64,000 bases of DNA, taken from assembly GCA_951406725.2 (NCBI GenBank), contig OX597816.1, positions 18,166,001-18,230,000 on the forward strand, given 5' to 3'. Origin of the DNA: Octopus vulgaris (lineage: Eukaryota). Shown here piece by piece: positions 40,660 to 51,859 of the stretch (the stretch's first letter is position 1; each line of letters opens with the position of its first letter). The translations under genes and the position numbers were made by a program. Below the pieces are notes generated by a model. The model worked only from the letters and a program-made list of their open reading frames with translations. It was not told where the DNA came from and made no database searches.

Positions 40660-41075
40660 GGAAGGCAACTGGTTAATTGCATCGACCCGTGCTTCACTGT
40701 TATTTAATTCATCGACCTCAAAAGGATGAAAGGTAAAGTCGACCTTAGCGGCATTTGATCGCAGAACGCATGACGTAGCGACAGGCGAAATACCTATTTC
40801 TTTATTACGCACAAGGGGCTAAACACAGAGGGGACTAACAAGGACAGGCATAGGTATTAAGTCGATTACATCGACCCCAGTGCGTAACTGGTACTTAATT
40901 TATCGACCCCGAATGGATGAAAGGCAAAGTCGACCTCGGCGGAATTTGAACTCACAACATAACGCAGACGAAATACCGCTAAGCATTTCGCCCGGCGCGT
41001 TAACGTTTCTGCCAGCTCGCCGTCGACAGGCGAAATACCGTTAAGCATTTCGTCCAGCGCGCTACCGATTTCCTT
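40660..41075 (-). mobile_element. Full SINE B (40795-41023) nested in an older SINE B at its GGTATTTCG site
   Basis: 16-bp TSD cgacaggcgaaatacc (40779-40794 and 41024-41039). Confidence 0.9.
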
Positions 41076-41104
41076 GTTCCATTGCACATTAATAGGTGAT
41101 AATA

Positions 41105-41345
41105 ATGTTTCTTCTTGAGGCATGTCGGGCTCATAAGGGTCGATTTCCTGGTTTCAGTGGCGTAGAGATTCCCCAACTGGACGGGACGCCGGTCCATCGC
41201 AGGATTACTCATTTTTGCCCGCTGAGTGGACTGGAGCAATGTGAAATGAAGCGTTTTGCTCAAGAACACAACGCATCGCCCAGTCCAGGCATCGAAACGA
41301 CAACCTTACGATCATGACTTCAACACCCTAACCACTAAGTCTCGT
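41105..41345 (-). mobile_element. SINE family V
   Basis: tRNA-like head, central motif, and tail cctgcgatggaccggcgtcccgtccag. Confidence 0.8.
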
Positions 41346-42554
41346 ACCTGCACTAATAGATGAGAATAAAGATTTAAAAGCCGCAGAACACATTATAATT
41401 GCGTGTCACTGATTAAATTTATGATGGACTGTTGTAACCACAAGCGTTACTTTTCTTTTAGTTCAGCCAGTAAATCAACAGAAACTATTATTTCTATAGT
41501 AATTATGCTGAGTTATTTACTTGTCATTGTGATGAGTATTTAGAATACATTTCTACTTTCTGCCTGGTTAGTTCATGTATGGAGACAATGAAACCCTGAT
41601 CATGACATTTGGATAAAGAGATAAAGATTTTTCGGAGCGAAAAAATCTGTAAAAACAAATTCATCAATTAAAATGTACTTCAACCATTTAATAACATTTG
41701 AGAAGTGTCGTTCAAAGCGAGGAAGACTTTCTTAGAATAGAGTTATGGCAACAAGTCAACAATGCACTTGTGGTTGTTGTTTGAGCCGCATATAAAATAA
41801 CAGGAGAATGGAGAGCTAAATGTAACAATTCAGCTTTATTAAGAATCCATTGTGATAAGATTTCCAAAAATACCAACATTAATATAAAATAGTAAGAAAG
41901 AAAACAAAATAATAATGTTTAATTTCTCGTGTAACAGTTAATGCCAGATAGAAAAAGGATAATAACATTTATAGCAAAATAAAAGCAAAAGAGGGGAGAA
42001 ATGTTTAATTAAGATTCAGATGGAGTTTTAATAGAAAGAAGAGAAACATCGGGTGAGAATTAACAATAGGAAAGATAATAAGGATTCTAGCCATACGTAC
42101 GCTATTAAACATTAAGGAAATATATCATAATATTCCATATTATAGAGGAAGAATGACAGAAATTCTAAAATCTTCCGTTTTCAATTATTTTCACATTATA
42201 TTTGCTATTTTATATTTACCATTAAAAATTTGCGACATAAAATATATTACTCTATAACGCATTTGTTTTATTGAATATATTTCCTGAGATTCTGGTGAGG
42301 ACTCTATAATATGTATATAAAAATACGTTCAATAACTTAAACAATTTGGAGTCTCTTAATTATTTGAAACCTTTTCTAGTCTATTTGCATGTTCGAATCT
42401 TTTGCGTCTCTGCTCATTGTTACCGCGATAGACAACCTGACAAACGGAATTTCTTCTAGGATTTTAAGTGTTGAGGAATTATTTGTGGTTTGGATAATTC
42501 CTCTTTGGAAGACAGAGAAAAAGAGTGAGAGATAAGTATTTCTAATTTGGCAAA

Positions 42555-42843
42555 ATGCAAATATATGGGAAACTACCACCTGTGTCATCTCTTGTGAAAG
42601 GTAGGAGAGTCCAGTTTGCTGGACATTTTTGTAGAGCTGAAAAAGAAGTAATTTCTACTCTTCTCCTCTGGAAGCCATCTACTCGCAATACCAGAGGCCA
42701 CACACTCTTCTACCCTGATGTAATCTCCAGGGATACAGGCATCCAGCAACAGGACCTCCGTAATGCCATGATGGACCGTGAAGTCTGGCGTAGCATGGTA
42801 AATTCCATTGTCTCGACCACGGTCGAAAAATGATGATGATGAT
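42555..42843 (+). mobile_element. 5'-truncated RTE-like LINE 3' end
   Basis: IYGKLPPVSSLVKGRRVQFAGHFCRA...LLLWKP...DTG...AMMDREVWR followed by a (TGA)n tail. Confidence 0.8.
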
Positions 42844-42972
42844 GTGTGTTGCCTTACCAACGGGGTATTTTTCGCCTTCCTTTTTGGAGTCGATAAAATA
42901 TGTACTAGATAAACACTGGGGGTTAAGGAATTTAAGTTCTACTTTTAAAATTGCTGGTGTTTTGCCAAATTA

Positions 42973-43281
42973 TCTCTCTCTCTTTCTCTCTGTTTTCCAA
43001 AGAGGAATTATCCAAACCACAAAGAATTCCTCTCAACACATAGCTATGATGCTCCCCCACTATTTCTGCTCATGATCAGAGATGCACATATCATCAGCCA
43101 CCAAGGAACATGCTCAACTGGTTAAGGTGAAACAGCTGACAAACAAATATGTGGTATTGAGCAGAATATTTGATGTAGCCCATCTTTTATACCACGACAA
43201 AACAATGTAGATGATAACACTTCCAATCAGTTAAGATCAGAAGCCATGAGAGCCACAGCTTGGTACTGCATCAGGGCATTT
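42973..43281 (-). mobile_element. Family E variant (extends the inferred 5' end)
   Basis: Overlaps 45210-45383 in sequence, continues to gcatcagggcattt and abuts (TTA)n. Confidence 0.75.
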
Positions 43282-43297
43282 ATTATTATTATTATTA

Positions 43298-43350
<53 letters not shown>

Positions 43351-43665
43351 GACTTTGCACAGCTTCTAACGCTGGAGATGTATTACAGTGTCAGCTGTTC
43401 ACTACCAGTGAACTAAGGTAACACCTCTTATTTTTCGAGCACCTTCCGGAGTATTCGAGCGGTTACAATCAGTGCGGTTTTCTGCAAGTGCTCCACTCTT
43501 ATTGCAGCCCCTATTCCTTCCACGTACTTCTTGAGATTTTTACTCATTGTTCCCAGAGCTCCGACAGTTGTTGGTACTACTAAAAACGTTTTCGTCGACC
43601 ACAACTGCTTAAGTTCCCAAGCTAACCTGTCATATATCTCTACTTTCTTTCTTCCTTATCGCATA
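43351..43665 (-). mobile_element. 3' end of R4/Dong-like RLE LINE inserted at (TAA)n
   Basis: Minus translation KVEIYDRLAWELKQLWSTKTFLVVPTTVGALGTMSKNLKKYVEGIGAAIRVEHLQKTALIVTARILRKVLEK*. Confidence 0.85.
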
Positions 43666-43813
43666 ACTTGTTGACAACTACCGGATTTTTGCACAGTTCT
43701 GAATTTTTTAAAAACCATTTCTGGCAATTGTCTGATAATATAGATATATACTTACCCAAATACATCAATACATTAACATTAATATTTTTTCACCGTTGTT
43801 ACAATCATCTGAA

Positions 43814-44090
43814 ATGGAAATGTCAAAGTGCGATATTTGAGCAATTTTATTATTCAACTTCAAAAAAGGACGTAAAGCAGCTGAAACTGCTCGCGATATC
43901 AACGGAACTTTTGGTAAGGAAATGACCAATGATTGGTCAGGGGGAAAATGGTTTCGCAGTGGAAATCTGAGCCTTGAGAGATCGTGAGCATAGTGGACGC
44001 ACATCTATCATCGATGATGGTCCATTAAAGACCGTCAATGAAAAAGATCCACGTAAAACCACTCGTGAACTAGTAAAAAATGTTCCAGTT
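43814..44090 (+). pseudogene. Mariner transposase N-terminal (HTH) fragment
   Basis: MEMSKCDI*AILLFNFKKGRKAAETARDINGTFG...WFRSGNLSLE/DREHSGRTSIIDDGPLKTVNEKDPRKTTREL. Confidence 0.85.
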
Positions 44091-44139
44091 TGCTAGAAAA
44101 CTGCATGCAACCACTTGCATGCCATTATCATCATCATCA

Positions 44140-44195
<56 letters not shown>

Positions 44196-44197
<2 letters not shown>

Positions 44198-44797
44198 CTA
44201 GTTTTTTTTTTATAGGGTGCTTTCACTTCACTACCGAGCGCAGCTTGTGTGCCTTGGGTATGTGCTGTGATTTGTTGTGATGCTCTGATGGTTATTGTAT
44301 GGAAGGATGTGTACAGTGCCTAGTAGTGCATGTATGTGTTGTTGTGTTTTCATTTTTTGGGTAGAGCACTGCTGTGAAGTATGCGTGTAAGATAGAAATG
44401 TATTCCTCACGTGTCCATTTATGTCTTTTGGGTTTTATTTGCGGGACATGAGGAACAACGTCCGGCCCATTATTTTGACGGTCGTCATTTTCGTAGGATA
44501 CCGGTCCGTTCATTTCTGCTGTCACATTATTTCGCACGTGTAGTTTTTCGTACATCTTTTGTTGTAAGTTTAAAGTACGTACCGCTCCATTGTTATTCTC
44601 GGGTTGAATAATAACGGTGGCATTTAATTTCTTCGTAGTTCCTTTGTACATGGTGTTTGGGGTCGAGGATGATCTGGTGTTGATGGATCGTAATGTTTCA
44701 CGCATGTTTACATGTGTCGTGTTAGAGGTGGAGATGATACCGAGTCAAAATACATCATTTCGTTTCGAAAATAGTAATAAATTTCAATTAGTATTAC
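44196..44797 (-). mobile_element. Internally deleted R4/Dong-like mini-element within (TAA)n
   Basis: ORF 44292-44705 carries N-terminal-type KRHKWTREEYISILHAYFTA and is fused near 44330 to out-of-frame ALLGTVHIL plus a 3' UTR homologous to 7200-7330. Confidence 0.75.
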
Positions 44798-44940
<143 letters not shown>

Positions 44941-45382
44941 TGAGTGAGAGAGTTGTGCATGCCATCAAAGTGACACTGGAGTAAAATATACGAAGCCCAA
45001 TATACCCATCATGACTACCCGTCTGATAAGGGCACACCAGACACATGCATCACAACCATATGTGCGCGTCATGGTGATATCATATCAATATAAACAGCAT
45101 ATGACCTTGCAGGTGGGGCCCAGTTAGAATTTTCTTCAGGTTGAGTAGCCCATCCCGCTCAAGCGGTCCCTGAATAACGGTTGTTTAAGGATGTTGAAAG
45201 AACCACCCATGTTTCCAGAGGTGAATTATTCAAACCCCAAAGAATCCCTCTCAACACATGGCTATGATACTCCCCCACTACTTCTGCTCGTGATCAGAGA
45301 TGCACATATCGTCAACCACTAAGGGACATGCTCAACTGGTTAAGGTCAAACAACTGACAAGCAAATCTATGGTATTGAGCAG

Positions 45383-45383
<1 letters not shown>
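44941..45383 (-). mobile_element. Family E non-coding element within (TAA)n
   Basis: Homologous to 6171-6538; (TTA)n on both sides. Confidence 0.85.
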
Positions 45384-45453
<70 letters not shown>

Positions 45454-45454
<1 letters not shown>

Positions 45455-45840
45455 GTGGAGGCGCAATGGCTCAGTGGTTAGGGCAGCGGACTCGCAGTCG
45501 TAGGATCGCGGTTTCGATTCCCAGACCGGGCGCTGTTAGTGTTTATTGAGCGAAAACACCTAAAGCTCCACGAGGCTCCGGCAGGGGGTGGTGGCGATCC
45601 CTGTTGTACTCTTTCACCCCAACCTTCTCTCACTCTTACTTCCTGTTTTTGTTGTACCTGTATTTCAAAGGGCCGGCCTTGTCACTCTCTGTGTCACGCT
45701 GAATATCCCCGAGAACTACGTTAAGGGTACGCGTGTCTGTGGAGTGCTCAGCCACTTACACGTTAATTTCACGAGCAGGCTGTTCCGTTGATTCGGATCA
45801 ACCGGAACCCTCGTCATCGTACCCGACGGAATGCTTCCAT
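45454..45840 (+). mobile_element. SINE family C, full length
   Basis: Same sequence as 7729-8113; (CCAT)n tail. Confidence 0.92.
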
Positions 45841-45850
45841 CCATCCATTA

Positions 45851-45917
<67 letters not shown>

Positions 45918-46429
45918 AAAGTAATATTTATTTGAGAACTGGGCTGCTCATGTTTTGCTGGTTGTTGATTGATTTCTGACTTTCTCTCAACTGAAGTTTT
46001 CTTCGTCCTAAGTCGGTTTGGAACGTTATATCTACAAAAGAGAAAAAAAAAAAAAAAGAAATGAAAAAGTGAAAAAGAAAACAGAAAAGGAAACGAAAAA
46101 GAACCACGAGTATACAAAAATATATGAAACAAGATAAGATAAATTTCGAAACAGAAATTGAAATAAGAAAATAAAATGATTACTGTATTATATTTGTTCA
46201 TATTTGTTTATATTTGTTTATTATATTTGTTTAAAGGTTTCAGCTTTTCCCTTTTTAAGTGTCTTATTTTTTTTTCTTGTGGAAACAACTTTGCTTTCTA
46301 TTCGCGTTGAAGCTTTATTTTATTATTTTATTATTTTATTCGTCTCTTCCTATCTTGACTCTTGTTTCACATTTTCCCCGACAACATTACGCCTTCCGTT
46401 TTTCGCACAGATTTCTTAATATGCTCATG

Positions 46430-46487
46430 ATCATCAGCATCACTACCACCATATCCACCAACATCTTCATCATTATCATCATCATCG

Positions 46488-46519
<32 letters not shown>

Positions 46520-46584
46520 GTCATCATCATCATCATCGGCATCATCATCATCATCATCATCACCATCATCACCATCACCATCAC

Positions 46585-46628
<44 letters not shown>

Positions 46629-46686
46629 CCATCGCCATCATCACCATCATCATCATCGTCATCATCATCACCCTCGCCATCATCAC

Positions 46687-46721
<35 letters not shown>

Positions 46722-46950
46722 CCATCACCATCACCATCATCACCATCATCATCATCGTCACCATCATCATCACCACCACCACCTCTTGTACCAGCACTAC
46801 TGACACCCCTACCATAATCATTATTATCCACTTCAGCGTCTTTGTGATCCTCATCGTCATCAATATCGTCGTCGTATCACGGTCGTCGTTATTATCGCTG
46901 TCCTGTCGTCGTCAGCATCATTATCATCATCAGCGTCATCACCATTATCA
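46430..46950. repeat. Imperfect (CAT)n/(CAC)n tract
   Basis: Direct repeats; they account for the poly-D/I/M ORFs. Confidence 0.92.
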
Positions 46951-48334
46951 CCTTCCTCTTCATCGTTATTGTTCTGCTCTGTCCTCTCGTTGACCTGTCC
47001 TCCTCTTTTTACCTTCCTCCCCTTCCTCACTTCTTCTCCCCATCCGCATCCCCTTCCTCACTGTTTCTCCTTTTCCTTCTGCTCCCCTCCTTCCCCACTC
47101 CTTTTTCTTCCTTTACATCTCCACCTCTTGTTGCTGTTGTCCTTCTTCCTCACTGTTCTTCCTTTCCCTTCTGTTCCGCTCTTCTGCTCCACTCTTCATC
47201 ATCATCATCATCTTCTTCTTCTTCTTCTTCTTCTTCTTCTTCTTCTTCTTCTTCTTCTTCTTCTTCTTCTTCTTCTTCTTTGTCCTTCTCTGCCTTTCTT
47301 TCCATGTATCTTGTTTGTCTCATGGCATTTCTCCATTTTCCTCTTATTTTTTTTTTCAAAACTCCGCTTTACATTTATATTTTTTAATTCAAACTACTTT
47401 CGCCTATAGTTTTATCGACTTCACTCAAGCTTTTTCTTTTCCCCTCGCTCAAACCGTAACTTGATTTACTAATTTTCTTTGTAGCTTTCTTTCTTTTTCT
47501 CTTCTACATTTACTTCGCCATTCCTTTTCCTCTTCCCCCCCTCTCTTTATATATTACATTCTCTCTGCCTTTAATTTCTCCTACATCTCTGTTCCTCGCA
47601 TACTTTCGATTTCAACTCTCCTTCCCATGATGCCTTTCTTACAAAAGACAAAAAAAAATTAACAACTGTCTATCCTTTGTAACTCTTCTGTCTAGCAGTT
47701 TCGCTTATTCCTTCTCTCTACCTTTTACCACATACATACTTACATTAAGAATTTCTTCAAACATTAGCTTTACCAATTCTTTCCCTTCGATCTCCCTTAT
47801 CATTCTAGTATTTTTAATCGACAAAAGTTTTCACATATTTTTTCTTCCATTTCCCATGTTAATTTCCTTTCATTTTCTCATCAATTCCTTAGTTATAATT
47901 GTTTTTGTTTCGAAATTGTACAAATTCTATTAAAGCTAAAATTATCTAATTACTATCTGCCACAGTATGTTTTTATGTATCTCTCAGAACGAAATGCATT
48001 GTAACTATAGCGATCTCTGCAAACATATATTATTGCTGGATTTAAAGCAAGTTTCCTATTTAGTCCAACTCTGTACAATGTTAACAATTTGATAATTTAT
48101 TTTTCGTACTGAATCAGGTATATAGAAAAGTGCATACGCACGTTAAAAAAAGATGCGTTGCGATTGTGTGTATGAGCGTATGTGACTGTATGGTTGACTT
48201 TGTGTGCTTGCCTGTTCTGCCCAAGCGTAGATGCACACACACACACACACATACATACATACATATACAGAGAGACGGAGAGTTCTAAATCAAGAGTATT
48301 TGTACGCATGTTTGTGCAAATGTCTATCTTTCTT

Positions 48335-48390
<56 letters not shown>

Positions 48391-48401
48391 CATATATATA
48401 T

Positions 48402-48690
48402 ACCAGGCCAACAGATGTTGTTACACATCGCTGGTCACAATGCGCTTCGCATTGTTTTAGCCTTCGAATGACGCCATCCCGCTGGCTAAGCGAGCAGGCC
48501 AACAGAAGAAAGAGTGAGAGGAGGAGTGGTAAAAGAGTACAGCAGGGATCACCACCCCCTGCCGGAGCCTCGTGGAGCTTTTTAGGTGTTTTCGCTCAAT
48601 AAACACACACAACGCCCGCTCTGGGAATCGAAACCGCGATCCCACGACTGCGAGTCCGCTGCCCTAACCACTGGGCCATTGTGCTTCCAC
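48402..48690 (-). mobile_element. SINE with family C head and a third tail type, ending at (TA)n
   Basis: Head matches family C and diverges after ctctcactct into ttcttctgttggcctgctcgc... Confidence 0.85.
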
Positions 48691-48783
48691 ATAGTAATCC
48701 TTCTACAATAATAGCTATTACTCTTAATGTTTCTAGAGTTTTGTTATCACCACTTAACTAAACATCTTCTGCCTCTTCCTACA

Positions 48784-48822
<39 letters not shown>

Positions 48823-48839
48823 AGCTCTTAATTTTTCTA

Positions 48840-48873
<34 letters not shown>

Positions 48874-48874
48874 C

Positions 48875-48943
<69 letters not shown>

Positions 48944-48946
<3 letters not shown>

Positions 48947-49150
48947 GTAGGGAATATAATTCCAAACTTACAGGGGAAAATTCAATTTAGCAATTCCAAA
49001 TCAAATTATATATATATGTGTGTGTGTAATTAAGAGAAATAACCTCTAAGTAATTCAATAGAGAAACACTTTATATCATATAGAAAAATTTAAATATACT
49101 ATAATAATGATAATTAAAGAAATCACTAAATTAAATATTTCTCTTAATTA
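48944..49150. mobile_element. (TA)n-adjacent element (tagggaat...ccaaacttacaggg terminus)
   Basis: Same terminus as 50572; short inverted repeat taattaagagaaata/tatttctcttaatta. Confidence 0.6.
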
Positions 49151-49484
49151 TGTATATATATGTGTGTGTGTGTGTGGGAGTGTGTATGTGTGTATTTATA
49201 TTCTTGGGGATGTCAGGTTTCCCCTAGTATACTCCTCGTACATACACGCTCATGACTGATGTGATCGATCCGAGATTGGCAGATCTATCCAAAGCAGCCG
49301 AGAGAAAAGCCCATGTTATACTTGGCTCCGCTAAGTATGATACAGCCCTTCGTGTAAATTAAGCAGACGCGTAAGTCGTGGCAGATGCGTCAATCCCGCT
49401 ACTACCATATATAGAATATCACCTGCACAATGAAATAACGTGACATGTAAATTCTCGCGCCCATGTCTTGCTATCCTAGTTTAA

Positions 49485-49933
49485 GATCTTGGTCAATCTC
49501 TCATCATCTTCTTCAGGTATCACTTGAAAAGGAAAGTGAGAGTAGAGAGGCAAGTTTTGTCTAGCGAATCTTTCAAAAAAAGATGCTGAATGTAGCAAGG
49601 ATGGCACGTATGAATGACGAAGCCACCTTGAGCATAATCCTATGAACCCGGAAAAATTTAAAACAGAGACTTACTTACTTGCAAATACATGTGTTAACAT
49701 GTGACATTATTGACCGAGGTTACCGTGGTCTTTTCCGTAGGCTTTTCTTCCCACGGATAAACCTTATCTGTTTCCGCATTTTCATTTTACATCATGACAT
49801 TCCTGTGATACACGATCCCTTTTGATCGAAAACCTACCCCACCTTTTTTCTTTTTTTTTCTCCCCAAAATGAAAAGCTCTGCTTTGTAATTTGTCCCCTC
49901 TGTGTTCAACCCTGTGTGGCTAATAAAGTAGCA
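49485..49933 (+). mobile_element. 3' end of LINE, probably Tx1/L1 group, abutting (TATC)n
   Basis: GQSLIIFFRYHLKRKVRVERQVLSSESFKKR... then 3' UTR ending aataaag; homologous to 55781-56237. Confidence 0.7.
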
Positions 49934-49939
49934 TATCTG

Positions 49940-50007
<68 letters not shown>

Positions 50008-50506
50008 CCTACCTAACTACCTACCTACCTACCTACCTACCTTTCTATTTTTCCCTCTTCCTCTCTTAATTTCTGTCTGTCTGTCTTTCTTTCTCTATGT
50101 GTGTATACATACACACACACACCCAAGCCGCCCCCCCCCCACATATATTCATACCTTTTACATTTTTTAAGCGTCTAGGTCAAATAAGATGACCGACTTT
50201 ACCTGGTCACTGTGGAAAGAAAGCTGCTAATGGAAAATGCTAGCGGCGCATCACACTGACTGTCACAGAACAGTTTGGAAAATTATGTTGCAGAGTTAAA
50301 GAGGTAAAGTGAGGATGGTGAAATGTCACCGATTCACTCAACGCCCTACATCCGTCTCTCATGTGCATCTTGATGGTCGTGTATTTGATGCGATAATTGA
50401 ACTTTGTAGCCTGCAGAAAGTATAAAGTAATGGGTGCGAGAGACAATTAACCAACCGGAAACGAAGAATCGTTAACGATGTTGTCACCGGCTCATCACAC
50501 AATACA

Positions 50507-50563
<57 letters not shown>

Positions 50564-50567
<4 letters not shown>

Positions 50568-50877
50568 AAATATTAGGGAATAAATCCAAACTTACAGGGA
50601 AAAATCAGATTTAGGATTGAATCCAATTTTATAGTAAAATATTATATTATATTAAATTAGAGATAAAACCACTATTAGGCAAATCATACAATGAAAAACT
50701 TAAACCAATACATAAGATTAATTAATTTATATTATTTTAAATATATATCAAAATTATTAAAAAAAGATAATTATCTTTTTTTAATAATTTTGATATATAT
50801 TTAAAATAATATAAATTAATTAATCTTATGTATTGGTTTATATGATTTGCCTAATAGTGGTTTTATAATTTAATATA

Positions 50878-50886
<9 letters not shown>
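50564..50886. mobile_element. (TA)n-embedded fold-back element with 140-bp perfect palindrome
   Basis: Arms 50701-50770 and 50771-50840 with no spacer; extends with small deletions to 50639-50886. Confidence 0.85.
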
Positions 50887-50935
<49 letters not shown>

Positions 50936-51158
50936 GTATGTGTGTGTGTATATGTATATGTGTAGATATGAAATAAGCCACCTATTGGGTCTAGCGAGCA
51001 TATGCATCTAATTACCAGCAAAGATGTAAACTGCAATGTAAAGCATCAATTGCGGCCAAATTGTAATAGTAGAAATGATTACAATACAGCTCATATGATA
51101 ACGACGGAAAATAGAGTTAGAACTGCATTTCTATATATAAAAATATATATTTGTATAT

Positions 51159-51789
51159 ATACATAAATATGAGAGAGAATCCTCTATATGGACGCCCTTA
51201 CGCTAAAGAGAGATCCGCATGAGTCTGAACCACTCAGAATTGCTCTCAAGAAAAAATTAGCAGACCATGAACGTAAACGATAAGGACAAATGAAAAATAA
51301 CAAAAATATAGATTAACCCCATACAAGTGTTTCACTGTTAATAAATTATGCAATTTTACTTACACAATTAATCTGCAGCTCCTCAGTGAGGTCTGTCATA
51401 AAATATAATTTGTCGAGCTACACGTCAGCTATCAACACGAAGTCACAAATACGAGCAGCTCAGCCCATTACATTAACAGTGCCAAATTACCGTTCTGCGC
51501 GCCAAATTACCGGAAATAAATACTGCACAAATAATTCACTGCAGTAGTTTACGCTGGTTTGAGAAAATATTAATTTAAAATTTAAAATCAAAATGAGGGT
51601 GAAAAAATTGGATATTAATTTAATAATATCAATTTAACACCAGTGGTTTAGCGCATAAAAAACTGAGACTCAGTAAATATTATTAATACATAAATATGAG
51701 AGAGAATCCACTATATGGACGCCCTTACGCTAAAGAGAGATCCGTATGAGTCTCAGCCACTCAGAATTGCTCCCAAGAAAAATTTAGCA
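51159..51789 (-). mobile_element. 528-bp-period partial tandem unit (pLTR/retrozyme-like) in TA-rich flanks
   Basis: ~103-bp direct repeat at 51159-51262 and 51687-51789 brackets a hammerhead motif. Confidence 0.75.
51315..51393 (-). ncRNA. Type I hammerhead ribozyme, intact core
   Basis: Minus strand gacctca-CTGAGGA-gctg[...aattgtgtaa gtaaaa ttgcataatt...]cagt-GAAA-c(actt)g-TA-tggggtt; stems I, II and short III pair. Confidence 0.75.
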
Positions 51790-51859
51790 ATTGTATATAT
51801 ATATATATATATTTGTATATATACAAATATATATGATAAATGCTCATTCACAGAAAAAT

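Noticed and set aside
43060-43110. CTGATGA...GAAA on the minus strand of family E, and an HDV-like fold at its end (~43220-43280)
   Set aside because: Stems could not be completed by hand, and the other E copies have GAAG in place of GAAA.
46259-46993. Long ORFs of poly-I, poly-D and poly-M (also 9-442, 4001-4622, 14365-15142, 53561-54002, 62646-63041)
   Set aside because: Stop-free frames produced by microsatellites; no domain content or splice context.
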